Below are positions 26,148 to 35,543 of a stretch of DNA of 64,000 nt, piece by piece. The translations under genes were made by a program, and so were the position numbers. The notes below the pieces were generated by a model. It did not search any database. It saw only the letters and a program-made list of their open reading frames with translations, and was not told where the DNA came from. Numbering within the stretch: position 1 is the stretch's first letter; the number at the start of each line of letters is the position of its first letter. The DNA comes from Rhodospirillales bacterium (GTDB lineage: Bacteria > Pseudomonadota > Alphaproteobacteria > SP197). The stretch is from the NCBI GenBank assembly GCA_014323865.1, contig JACONG010000016.1, positions 544,523 to 608,522 on the forward strand, given 5' to 3'.

Positions 26148-27155
26148 ATGACGCAGAACTTCCCTACGCTTGAACCGGTCGAGCTCGCAGCCCTGTTCCA
26201 TGGTGATGCTGAGTCGCAGCGTGCCTGCGGCGAGGCCCTGCTGGCGGCCTTCCAATCGGCTAACGGGTTCGTCGTGACGGGCTTCCCGACCTCGGCATTG
26301 GTGGACGGGCAGGTCAACGACACTCTCGCCTTCTTCGATCTCGACGATCCCGAGCGACTGGCCCTTGCGACCCGGTGGCACCGCGATGATGCAACGCATT
26401 GCTACCGCGGCTACTTCCCGCTGCCGAAGGAGCGCGGCTGGGCGCACAACGAAATCTTCGACTTCGGCCCCGCCGTGATCTCCCGCGCGCCCGACGGCCA
26501 TCCGGTGAAGCGGTTTCTGGAAGAAGGCAACCAGTGGCCTGCGCGCGAACCGCATGACGGCTGGCGCGAGGGATCCGAGGCGCTCTTCGCTGACCTCCAC
26601 AAGCTGGCCCATGTGGTCATGGCTGCGCTGACCGATGCGCTCGACGATGACGCCGCGACCACGATGGACAAGTTCGGCGACGGCAACGGCACGCTCCGAG
26701 CCCTGCACTACCCGCCGCCGCCCGAGGGCTTCATCGCCTGCCACAAGGAAACACTGCCCGAGCGGGTCGATGCGGCCGGCCGGCGAATCATCACCCATCG
26801 TCACATTGATGCATGCGTGCTGTCGGTCCTCTGGCAGGACGCGGTCGGTGGGCTGCAGTACGAGAGCCGCGACGGCACCTGGTACGAGGTGCCCGCGGGC
26901 TGCGGGCGTCTCTCCATCCACGCCGGACGCGCGATGGAGCTGATGACCGGCGGGCGCATCAAGGGCACACCGCACCGGGTGGTCGGTGTCGGACAGGATC
27001 GTTGCTCGATGGGCTTTTTCCTGGAGCCCGACTTCGGCGCCGTGATCGGACGCGACGATGATGGAAACCCGATCACCTATGCCGACCACATGAAGGACGA
27101 TTTCGCCGATCTCGAGGTCTATGCCGATGTCATGGGCGACGCGGTCGCGGCCTGA
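26148..27155 (+). CDS. 2OG-Fe(II) oxygenase superfamily protein (isopenicillin-N-synthase-like)
   Basis: An N-terminal DIOX_N-like region, then a candidate Fe-binding triad: HxD in THRHIDACVLSVLWQD, followed by the distal His in GTPHRVV. RBS GGAGAA. Confidence 0.8.
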   Translation: MTQNFPTLEPVELAALFHGDAESQRACGEALLAAFQSANGFVVTGFPTSALVDGQVNDTLAFFDLDDPERLALATRWHRDDATHCYRGYFPLPKERGWAHNEIFDFGPAVISRAPDGHPVKRFLEEGNQWPAREPHDGWREGSEALFADLHKLAHVVMAALTDALDDDAATTMDKFGDGNGTLRALHYPPPPEGFIACHKETLPERVDAAGRRIITHRHIDACVLSVLWQDAVGGLQYESRDGTWYEVPAGCGRLSIHAGRAMELMTGGRIKGTPHRVVGVGQDRCSMGFFLEPDFGAVIGRDDDGNPITYADHMKDDFADLEVYADVMGDAVAA

Positions 27156-27326
27156 CCGGACATCGTCCAGAAGGCTCTTGACCCGGGTGCACTTCGTTCG
27201 CACATTTTGCCTGCCGGCTAATAACACGGCGTTTCGCAAACAAGGGCTATCTTTCGCCACCCAAGGGGATCGGCGGATTGTGGCGCTTGCGCCGGGTCCG
27301 CCCTCCCCGACGACGGAGGAACGGAC

Positions 27327-28334
27327 ATGCAAGCGCACTTTGAGAACGTCACCACCATTGATATCGCCGCGTTGTTCGACGACACCTCGGCCGTTCGACC
27401 CGCGATTGCAGTCGAGGTCGCGCGGGCCCTTGCCGAGCATGGCGCGTTTCTCGCTACGGGCTTTCCCGGCGGCGACGACATCGACAGGCGTATGGAGAAA
27501 CTGCTCGCCTTCTTCACCCTGAATCGCGCCGGCAAGATGAGCTGTGCCACGCGGCGCGACGATCCCGCCAGTCCCAATGTCAACCGCGGCTACATCGCGC
27601 CGCCCGAGGACAAAGGCTGGGCCTACAACGAGTTCTTCGACATCGGCCCCGACCCTGTGCCGTCGGTGCCGTCCGGCCTGCCTGCACGCGAGCTGCTCGA
27701 AGAGCCGACCCGCTGGCCGACGACAGAGCCCTATTCCGGTTGGGTCACCGAGTCGCGCGCGCTGTTCAACGATATGGTCGGCCTGTGCCGTGGTGTGCTG
27801 GGTGGCATGATGGAAGGTCTCGGTCTCGATCCTTCGCCGGCGTTGGCGCTGTGCGAAGGCAACAACGCCACCCTGCGGCTGCTGAACTATCCGGAAGTAC
27901 CCGACCATTTCGTGGCCGGCGAGGGCGAGGTCGTGCCTGAGCAGTTCGACGAACTGGGTCGTCGTATCCTGACCCAGCGCCATCTCGACATGAACCTTGC
28001 CTCGCTGCTGTGGCAGGACCCCGTGGGCGGGCTGCAGATGCAGGCGCCCGACGGCATCTGGCGCGAGGTACCTGTCGATCAGGGCGGTATCTCGGTGCAC
28101 AACGGCGTCATGATCGACCGCCTGACCGGTGGTCGGGTGCCGGGCACACCACACCGCGTGGCCGGACCCACGGGCAACCGCCGCTCGGTCGGCATGTTCC
28201 ACGAGCCCGATTTCTCGGCCCTGATGGACTCCGAAGAAAGCCGCCCGCCCGAGGTCTATGCCCGTCAGCTGCTGCGCCGCTACAAGGCCTACCCCGACAT
28301 GGCCCCCTTCATCCCCGACGAGATGGCTGCATGA
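27327..28334 (+). CDS. 2OG-Fe(II) oxygenase superfamily protein, paralog of 26148..27155
   Basis: Same architecture as the upstream paralog (TQRHLDMNLASLLWQD … GTPHRVA) and the same RBS context (GGAGGAACGGACATG). Confidence 0.8.
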   Translation: MQAHFENVTTIDIAALFDDTSAVRPAIAVEVARALAEHGAFLATGFPGGDDIDRRMEKLLAFFTLNRAGKMSCATRRDDPASPNVNRGYIAPPEDKGWAYNEFFDIGPDPVPSVPSGLPARELLEEPTRWPTTEPYSGWVTESRALFNDMVGLCRGVLGGMMEGLGLDPSPALALCEGNNATLRLLNYPEVPDHFVAGEGEVVPEQFDELGRRILTQRHLDMNLASLLWQDPVGGLQMQAPDGIWREVPVDQGGISVHNGVMIDRLTGGRVPGTPHRVAGPTGNRRSVGMFHEPDFSALMDSEESRPPEVYARQLLRRYKAYPDMAPFIPDEMAA

Positions 28335-28657
28335 CGATGACGTACCATGACACCACAATCCTCGACATCGCCCCGCTCTTCTCGAGCGGCGGCACCGCCT
28401 CGCTCGACCGGCAGATCGCCGAGGTGCTCGAAACCGAAGCGAGCTTCGTCGCCACGGGGTTCCCCGGCTGCGAGGGGCACGACAAGCGCGTCTCCGATGT
28501 TCTGCGCTTCTTCGACATGCCGCTCAAGGCGAAGATGACCTGCACTGTCCAGCAGCACCACGCGGCCCACAGCAACATCTATCGCGGCTGTCTGCTATCG
28601 TTGTTCCGCGACAGCAGGGCCATCGGCGTCGTTGCGATGGCGGCCGAAGCCGCCTGA
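28331..28657 (+). pseudogene. Truncated third 2OG-Fe(II) oxygenase paralog (N-terminal about 95 aa only)
   Basis: Its ATG overlaps the previous TGA (ATGA). MTMTYHDTTILDIAPLF…FVATGFPGCEGHDKRV parallels the N-termini of the two paralogs, then diverges after NIYRG and stops. The next gene starts at 28671. Confidence 0.55.
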
Positions 28658-28670
28658 GGCCGTGGCCGCG

Positions 28671-29291
28671 ATGAGTCTGGACGATGTCCTCCGCGACCTG
28701 AACGCGCTGCCCCGGAAGGCCGACGGCACCGTCTACGTGTCCGCGTTCAAGCCGCTTGCGCGGCGCCATCGCAACGACCATGCGCTCGCCTTGGCCCTGT
28801 GGGACACCGGCACGGATGTTGCGCGCCAGCTCGCCGTCCGCATCGCCGATCCCAGCCTGGCCGATGACCGCCTGCTTGAGACCTGGGTTAACGACCTGGA
28901 CGAATGGAGTCTGACGGATGCCTTCACGGCCCATGTCGTCAGGCCGTCGGCACTGGCGATCGAGAAATCCCATGCCTGGGCGCAGGCCGAACCGACCTTC
29001 GTGCGCCGGGCCGGGTTCGCGACCGTGGCGCAGTTGGCTTGGCTGCGGACAAGCGCGACCGAGGACATGGTTTTCCTCGCCTTTCTTCCCCGGATCGAAG
29101 CCGCCGCCACCGATGAGCGCTTCTATGTGAAGAAGGCCGTCAACTGGGCGTTGCGCGACATCGCCAAACGCAACGATGCGCTGTGTGAGCACGCCACGGC
29201 GCTTGCCATGTGCCTTATGGCCTCCGACGACACGACCGCCCGCTGGGTCGGGCGGCACCGCTGCAAGGAGTTCCTCGTCGATCCCGCTTAG
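28671..29291 (+). CDS. DNA alkylation repair enzyme family protein (AlkD/HEAT-like)
   Basis: …ALALALWDTG…FVRRAGFATVAQLAWL…ERFYVKKAVNWALRDIAKR matches the DNA_alkylation family pattern. Confidence 0.75.
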   Translation: MSLDDVLRDLNALPRKADGTVYVSAFKPLARRHRNDHALALALWDTGTDVARQLAVRIADPSLADDRLLETWVNDLDEWSLTDAFTAHVVRPSALAIEKSHAWAQAEPTFVRRAGFATVAQLAWLRTSATEDMVFLAFLPRIEAAATDERFYVKKAVNWALRDIAKRNDALCEHATALAMCLMASDDTTARWVGRHRCKEFLVDPA

Positions 29292-29775
29292 AAGAAGACG
29301 AACGAGACCGAGATTGTCGATAGCCTGCCGCAGATCGGGACGCCGAAGGTCGACCGCATCTGTCTGGCCGAACGCGACAACCAGGCTCTCGACCGCCGAA
29401 AGGCCGAAGACGCTGATGATTCCGATGCGCCTGACGGCTTACCCAACGATCTCAGCCGTCACATTGCCGCTGCGCCGTGCAAGGTGTTGGAGCGCGACGC
29501 GGCCTCGCCGCAAGCCCCTACATCGACGTAGGTGGCGATTTGCTGTCCGCACCGGTCTCTGCAATCCACATCGAGAAGGTGTTCGGTATGGTGCTCGATC
29601 CCGCCGATCTGCTCGACGACATTCCATTGGCCGAGATCGTTGAGGCGATCGCCGAGTCGGCACGATCCGGCCCATGACGATCAAGCTTGGTCTTTTCCCG
29701 CAGCTTTTCGTTGATTGTACACTCATTCAACAACCTGTCCCGCAGGAGGTGCGGCGATGAACGAGATCCGCACGA

Positions 29776-30964
29776 TTGACACGGAAAAACCCCTTTGCCG
29801 CCGTCGATGATTTGGTACGCCAAGGCATGGAGGCGCCGGTTGCCGATGCCAGGGGCCTGCCCAATGAAGCCTTCACCGATCCCGTGTTCCTGGAGCTCGA
29901 ACGCAAGCACCTGTTTGCACGAAGCTGGGTCTTCGCCTGCCCGCAGAGCGACGTTCCGAATCCGGGCGACGTGAAATGTCTCGAGGTTGCGGGGCGTCAT
30001 CTCTTCATGACCCGCGACCGCAAGGGTGCCGTCAGGATTTTCTTCAACGTCTGCTCCCATCGCGGCGCCAGGCTTGTGATCGAGGACCAGACGAAAGCCA
30101 CCGTCCTGACCTGCCCTACCACGATTGGTCCTTCGGGCTGGACGGCACGCTGCGCGGACGGCCGCACTATCACGCCCCGCTGGAGCATGACACCGTCGGC
30201 AGCAAAGCTGATCGCGACTGCCTCTTCGAGGTGCGCCCGGCAATCTGGCACGGCTGGGTCTTCGTCAACATCGACGGTCAGGCGCAACCGTTCGAGGACT
30301 ACATGGCGCCCGCCATGAAGGCCTATGTGGACTGGGACCTTGGCGCGCTCAAGCTGGTGCACTACCAGCCCTTCGACTTCCACGCGGCTTGGAAGCTCGT
30401 GATCGAGACCTTCTGCGACACCTACCACGTCTTTATGGTGGCATCCCGATCTTCATGCCGCGCAGACGCCGGCCGACTGTTTCACGATGCGGCCCGATAG
30501 TGCGCACATGTTCAACCACATCGTCATCGGCGCCGAAGGCGGTGGTCTGACGCCGGTTGAGGAACAACTTCTACCGGATATCCCGGGCGTCTCCGCCGAT
30601 CAGGAGTCGCTCTCACCCTTCTGCAACATCTTCCCCAACGTCACGATGGCGCTGTTCCGTTCGGCCGTGACCTTACTTCCAATACGAGCCGGTCGCCGTC
30701 GACAAGACCATCATGCGTGTCTGGTTCTACGTTGCGCCCGAAACCGCCGAGGACGAGGCCTACGCGCTGGGCCGCGAGGAGCTCTATGCCAATTGGGTAC
30801 AGCTCAACGCCGACGGTGCCGGGATCTGCCACCGTCTGCAGGAAGGCCCCAGCTGTGACGCCTACGACGGCGGCAGCTTCGTTCCCTACTGGGACGAGGG
30901 CAGGCTGCACTTTCACCGCCAGATCGCGGATGCGCTGCGCGGGGAAGGGTTGTTTGTGCGGTGA
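29776..30964 (+). pseudogene. Rieske non-heme iron oxygenase alpha subunit, at least 3 frameshifts
   Basis: The first Rieske motif CSHRG (CxH) is in frame A and the second, CPYHDW, only in frame C. The frame change is in a C-run (tgccctacc). The catalytic-domain pieces (ETFCDTYHVFMV…, then YFQYEPVAVDKTIMRVWFYVAPE…GEGLFVR) are in two further frames. Confidence 0.65.
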
Positions 30965-31020
30965 GACTGTTGCCGGGCTCGTGAGCCTTCAAAACGCGGT
31001 GACGGTACGCGCCTGGGAAA

Positions 31021-31067
31021 ACAAACAAAAAAGGCCGCCCCGGACATCCGGGGACGGCTTTGGATTT
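31021..31067. terminator. Bidirectional rho-independent terminator between the convergent Rieske pseudogene and ghrA-like gene
   Basis: AAACAAACAAAAAAG-GCCGCCCCGGA-cat-CCGGGGACGGC-TTTGGATTT. Confidence 0.6.
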
Positions 31068-31082
31068 CAGATCTTCGCGACA

Positions 31083-32072
31083 TCAGAGAAGCGTATCGAT
31101 CACCCGATCCGGCGGTTTGTGCCCGTCGGCGTAGGTCTTGATGTTGATGATGACCTTTTCGCCCATGTCGAGGCGGCCCTCGATCGTGGCCGAGCCCATG
31201 TGGGGCAGGAGCACGACGTTCTGAAGCGCCAGCAGCTTGGGGTTCACGGCGGGCTCATGTTCGAAGACGTCGAGGCCGGCGCCGGCGATCTCGTTGTCCC
31301 GGAGCATCCGTGTCAGCGCCGCCTCGTCGATGACCTCGCCGCGTGAGGTGTTCACGACCATCGCGTTTTTCTTCAGAAGCTTCAGGCGGCGGGCCGAGAG
31401 CAGGTGGAAGGTGGCGGGCGTGTGCGGGCAGTTGACCGAGATGATGTCCATGCGGGCGAGCATCTGGTCGAGGCTCTCCCAGTAGGTCGCCTCAAGCTCC
31501 TGCTCGGTGTCGTCGGGCAGCTGCCGGCGGTTGTGGTAGTGGATCGAGAGGCCGAAGCCACGCGCCCGGCGCGCCACGGCTGAGCCGATTCGGCCCATAC
31601 CGATTATGCCGAGCCGTTTGCCCCAGAGACGATGGCCCAGCATGTGGGTCGGGCTCCAGCCCGACCAGTCGCCTGAACGGATCAGGCGCTCGCCTTGGCT
31701 GACCCGGCGGATCACGTCGAGGATCAGCGCCATGGTCATGTCGGCGGTGTCCTCGGTCAGGACGCCCGGCGTGTTGGTCACGGTGATGCCGCGCTCGCGG
31801 GCCGCGGCGAGATCGATATGGTCGACGCCGGTACCGAAGTTCGCGACCAGTCGGAGATTCTCGCCAGCCTGGGCCAGAATACCCTTATCGATGCGGTCGG
31901 TCAGGGTGGGGACCAGGACGTCAGCTGTCTTGACTGCTTCGACCAGTTCGTCCCGACCCATCGGGTGATCATCGTCGTTGAGCCGGGTATCGAATAGCTC
32001 CATCATTCGTGTTTCAATGACGTCGGGCAGCTTTCTGGTTACAATGACAGTGGATTTTTTGGCTTGGGCCAT
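31083..32072 (-). CDS. D-isomer-specific 2-hydroxyacid dehydrogenase (glyoxylate/hydroxypyruvate reductase-like)
   Basis: The NAD-binding motif GIIGMGRIGSAVARRA and the catalytic R/E/H context (…NTSRGEVIDEAAL…LDVFEHEP). Start chosen at MAQAKKSTVIV. Confidence 0.85.
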   Translation of the reverse strand: MAQAKKSTVIVTRKLPDVIETRMMELFDTRLNDDDHPMGRDELVEAVKTADVLVPTLTDRIDKGILAQAGENLRLVANFGTGVDHIDLAAARERGITVTNTPGVLTEDTADMTMALILDVIRRVSQGERLIRSGDWSGWSPTHMLGHRLWGKRLGIIGMGRIGSAVARRARGFGLSIHYHNRRQLPDDTEQELEATYWESLDQMLARMDIISVNCPHTPATFHLLSARRLKLLKKNAMVVNTSRGEVIDEAALTRMLRDNEIAGAGLDVFEHEPAVNPKLLALQNVVLLPHMGSATIEGRLDMGEKVIINIKTYADGHKPPDRVIDTLL

Positions 32073-32175
32073 GCGTTTGCTGATTGCCTTGCTGCGAGGG
32101 AGGCCCGGGAGCTTCGGGCGCAGGGTCTTTAGCAAACACGATCACACGAAACAACGCAACGCGGCCTCCTTCCGG

Positions 32176-32649
32176 ATGCATGGCACGATTGCGCTTTTTC
32201 TCGTCGTGCTGATCGGGTGCGAAGCGGCCCAGGACCCGCTGCCTCTGCCCCGATTCGTGTCGCTCAAGGAAGACAAGGTCTTCATGCGCGCGGGCCCCGG
32301 CACGACCTACCCGATCAACTGGGTCTTCGTGCGCGAAGGCATGCCGATCGAGATCCTCCGTGAATATGAGGAATGGCGTTACGTGCGCGACCACGATGGC
32401 GTCGAAGGCTGGATGCACCGGATTATGCTGTCAGGCTCGCGCTCGGTGATCGTTGCGAGCCAGGTGGTGGCGACTGCCTACGACACGCCGAGGCGCGACG
32501 GCGCGCCGGTGTTCCGCGCGGACCCCGGGGTCCAGGGGGGGCTGATCTCGTGTGACGGCTCATGGTGCCGGATCGAGATCGGCGACGTGAAGGGCTGGAT
32601 GCTGATGGACGATCTCTGGGGTGTCTACCCGGAGGACGGGCAGGGCTGA
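32176..32649 (+). CDS. Secreted SH3b-domain protein
   Basis: A signal peptide (MHGTIALFLVVLIGCEA) followed by two SH3-like repeats (…VSLKEDKVFMRAGPGTTYPINWVFVREGMPIEIL… and …VFRADPGVQGGLISCDGSWCRIE…). Confidence 0.7.
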   Translation: MHGTIALFLVVLIGCEAAQDPLPLPRFVSLKEDKVFMRAGPGTTYPINWVFVREGMPIEILREYEEWRYVRDHDGVEGWMHRIMLSGSRSVIVASQVVATAYDTPRRDGAPVFRADPGVQGGLISCDGSWCRIEIGDVKGWMLMDDLWGVYPEDGQG

Positions 32650-32960
32650 TGGGGTTCACTCCCGGGGAGCGTCGGCTTGTCCCCGATCATGTCGGACGCC
32701 TTCTCGGCCATCATGATGACGGGAGTGTTCAGATTGGCCGAGACGATCGAGGGGATGATCGACGCGTCAACCACGCGCAGGCCTGTGACGCCATGAACAC
32801 GGTAGGCCGGATCAATCACCGCATCGGGACTCTGACACATGCGGCAGGCACCCGCGGGGTGATAGCCGCTCTCGGCATATCGCTGGACCCAAGCGTCGAC
32901 CTCGGCGTCCGTCCTGACATCGGGGCCCGGGGTCAGCTCGCGCCCGCGAACTGGTGTATG
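32625..32960 (-). pseudogene. C-terminal about 110-aa fragment of a GMC-family oxidoreductase (choline dehydrogenase-like)
   Basis: …SGYHPAGACRMCQSPDAVIDPAYRVHGVTGLRVVDASIIPSIVSANLNTPVIMMAEKASDMI is the GMC C-terminal signature. The coding sequence stops abruptly at the repeat-rich junction (about 32960). Confidence 0.65.
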
Positions 32961-32970
32961 TGGGGGGCGG

Positions 32971-33148
32971 GAAGTCTTTGGGAATCGTGACTATGCGTGA
33001 TGAGGCGTGACTATGCGTGATGGATCAAGGGGTTAGGGGTGGATTCGGGGTTGCTGAAAAGTCTTTCAGAATCGTCCGTTGAAACGGCCTTGCAGGGTCG
33101 TTTTCCGGGCGTTTTCTAGGGTCTGGAACGCCGGGATTTTCCGGGCGT
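32971..33148. repeat. Repeat-rich junction: tandem 19–20-bp repeat (CGTGACTATGCGTGATG ×2), direct repeats of TTTTCCGGGCGTTTT, and an imperfect repeat of GAAGTCTTTGGGAATCGT
   Basis: Seen directly at 32986–33022, 33092–33108/33130–33144, and 32971–32991/33056–33070. Confidence 0.5.
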
Positions 33149-33221
33149 TTTGGGGGGTCGCGAGATGGCGTCGAAACAGAGGCCGTCGGGGTGCGCCGGG
33201 CGGCGGTCGCTCGGAGCGGGT

Positions 33222-33734
33222 TCAGGCGAGGCAGAACCTGACGATCGGGCCTTCGACGGTGCGTCGTCCGGTTCCGTCTGGTCCGCTTTCGTCTGTCAGG
33301 GTGTATTCGGCGTTGGGGGGCGGGTGGCCGATCTTGTCGCCGTTCTTGTCGATCAGATGCGCGGGCATCCGCGCCTTGTGTCCGTCGGGGAAGGTGAACA
33401 GGGGCGAGAGGTGTTCGAGTTCGGTCTCGCCTCCGTCGAAGACCGGGGGCAGCTCGATGGCGATGCCCTGGTAGATCTCGCTCGGTGTATGGACGCCAGC
33501 CCATATGAAACCCAGCAGCCAGATGAGGTCGCCTGGGCTGTGGGCCGGGTCCTGGAGCCAGACCTGGATCTCGTCCTTGGCGAGCCATCCCGGCTCGCGT
33601 CCGTCGACCTGCTCGTTGAGCCATGGCACATCGCCGTGATCGCCGTCGAAGGTTCCGGCGACATCGTCCCACAGGATGGTCCGCATGGCGCGCCCGAACC
33701 GCCGGTCGGGCAGCATGATGGTGTGGATAGCCAT
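33222..33734 (-). CDS. Hypothetical protein (170 aa), unrecognised family
   Basis: Open frame with protein-like composition (…VPWLNEQVDGREPGWLAKDEIQVWLQDPAHSPGDLIWLLGFIWAGVHTPSEIYQGIAIELPPVFDGGETELEHL…). The opposite strand is an R-rich shadow. Confidence 0.4.
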   Translation of the reverse strand: MAIHTIMLPDRRFGRAMRTILWDDVAGTFDGDHGDVPWLNEQVDGREPGWLAKDEIQVWLQDPAHSPGDLIWLLGFIWAGVHTPSEIYQGIAIELPPVFDGGETELEHLSPLFTFPDGHKARMPAHLIDKNGDKIGHPPPNAEYTLTDESGPDGTGRRTVEGPIVRFCLA

Positions 33735-33848
33735 GTCAGGGATTGTAGTGGAACAGGACGCCGAAGACCAGATCCATTAGTTCGGGATCGTCGCGGGCGA
33801 GCGAGGCGATGTCGAGAATTTCTGTGGTGCCATCGGGCCGCGTCCTGG

Positions 33849-34764
33849 TTATCTGGTGGAATGTGATCTGGAACGCGCGCGTGACGACCTCAAGGGCGGG
33901 GCGGTCGCCATATTGCGGTGCACCGCCTGTATCAGCGGCAGGCGTTCGGGCACGTTCTCGAAACCGAGCTGGGCATCGCAGAGCGCGGCTGCAAGCGACG
34001 GCGCGACCATCAGGTTGGCCTCGACCGCCGCACGCTCCTCACCCTCGCTCCAGGAGACCGCATGCGCCTGCGAGTCCTGGGTCTTGCTGTCCTCGACATC
34101 GAACAGCCGGGTCGCGAGGCCTGCCCACGCACAGGCCCAGGCGACCCTGGTGCCTATGACGCCGTCGCCGACGATCCCGATCGGTCGGGCATGGTCGAAC
34201 GCCGGCAGGTCTGTCGATACAGGCTCAGTCCTCGAACTGGCTTTCGCGCCAGCGGATGGCAGCACTGAGGCCCTTCTCCGAACGGACCTTCTCGAACTGC
34301 TTGTACTGTTCGGGTTCGGCCGTATCAGGCCCTCGAGCGAGATCGTGGTGGCGCGGCGGGCATAACGCATGGTCTCTTCCTCGAGCTTGTCGTCGGGGAA
34401 GGCCTTGTTGACCGTGCCCATCGCCAGCGCCTCTTCGGCGGTGATGAGATCACCGGTGTAGAGCAGTTCACGGGTGCGCTTCAGGCCGATGATCCAGGGC
34501 ATGATCATCCCCGGCGGTGCAGTCGAGAAGCGGCTCTCCGGCTCGCCGAACATCGCGCTCTCGCCGGCGTAGGTGATGCAGCACATCATCGCGAGTTCGC
34601 AGGAACCGGTTATACTCGTTGCCCCACTCGTACTTCAGGTCGTCGCCCGCGCCGAAGTGGTCGCCGTCGTGCGTCAGGATGATGACCGAGACGTCGTCAT
34701 TCTCGTCGAGCTCGCACAGCACGCCGGAAAGTTCGGCCATAAATGGCGGGTTCATGGAATTCAT
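33849..34764 (-). pseudogene. Remnants of a FadB-like enoyl-CoA hydratase / 3-hydroxyacyl-CoA dehydrogenase gene
   Basis: ECH N-terminus (34764→: …VIILTHDGDHFGAGDDLK) and ECH C-terminus in a second frame (ITYAGESAMFGEPESRF…LLYTGDLITAEEALAMGTVNKAFP), with roughly 60 aa missing between them. HADH N-terminus (IGIVGDGVIGTRVAWACAWAGL…ENVPERLPLIQAV) ends at a stop at 33849. Confidence 0.55.
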
Positions 34765-34849
34765 CTTGGCGGCCCGGTTGATCGTGACCGTGGCGATAGC
34801 TGGTCGTCGGTCTGGATGAAGCCGCTGTCGATCAAACCCGATTGCGAGA

Positions 34850-35401
34850 TCAGCGTGATGTCGCCGGGGTCGATGCTGTTGCGTGTGCCGACCAAGGCGA
34901 TCTGGGTCTTTTTTCGTCGCGGTTGACGAAGCCCGAGCCGTTGCCTCCGCAGACCTGGAGTCCGGCCGCGCGCACCTTGGTCTGCAAGCGATCGAGCAGC
35001 AGTGGGTCGGTGTCGCCCTTGAGGTAGCAGGAGGCGAAGATCGTCACCGCCTTCATTCTGTTGGCGATCGCGTCGTCGAGCACGCCCTCAAGGCGCGCAT
35101 TCGCGACGTTCAGCATGGCGTACTCGACCGGCGTGCCGATCGCTGCGATGTCCGGGGAACACAGCCGGTCGTCGATCGCGTCGTCACGCGGGTTCACGAG
35201 GTGAACATCACCGTCGTAGCCGATGTCGCCGACACCGCGACAGGACTTCCAACCGAAGCTGTACTCCCTCGGCGACGCGCCGACGACCGCCACCGAGGTC
35301 AGGTTCAAAAGAATCCTGAGACGATGCTGACCACGGGAAAAGCTGTCTGACAAATGACTGGCGGAACTGTAGAGCGGATTGTACCGTCGGCAATCCCCCA
35401 T
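34850..35401 (-). pseudogene. N-terminal CoA-binding-domain fragment of an ADP-forming acyl-CoA synthetase
   Basis: LLNLTSVAVVGASPREYSFGWKSCRGV…VHLVNPRDDAIDD…AVTIFASCYLKGDTD…AGLQVCGGNGSGFVNRDEK, then the coding sequence decays and stops after about 180 aa; the expected full length is over 450 aa. Confidence 0.5.
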
Positions 35402-35543
35402 GAATCGAAATCGTTCCTCGACAGGCCCTCCCCCCTCCCGCCGCCAACGGATGTGGGAGGGTGAGGGCTCCGTCAGATTGCGACAGCATCGATCGCAAGA
35501 AGCGGAATGACAGGCGGAGCGGCAGTGTTGATAGTTCCCGCCC

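Noticed and set aside
26037-28358. 773-aa ORF on the minus strand
   Set aside because: Antisense to the two 2OG-Fe(II) oxygenase paralogs; low-complexity composition and no motifs.
29292-29775. Frame-split ORF upstream of the Rieske gene (…HIAAAPCKVLERDAASPQAP / IDVGGDLLSAPVSAIHIEKVFGMVLDPADLLDDIPLAEIVEAIAESARSG) with a weak carrier-protein-like GGDLLS motif
   Set aside because: The motif is not a true DSL phosphopantetheine site and there is no convincing family match; left unannotated.
33150-33866. 238-aa plus-strand ORF
   Set aside because: R-rich antisense of the 170-aa minus-strand ORF and the HADH remnant.
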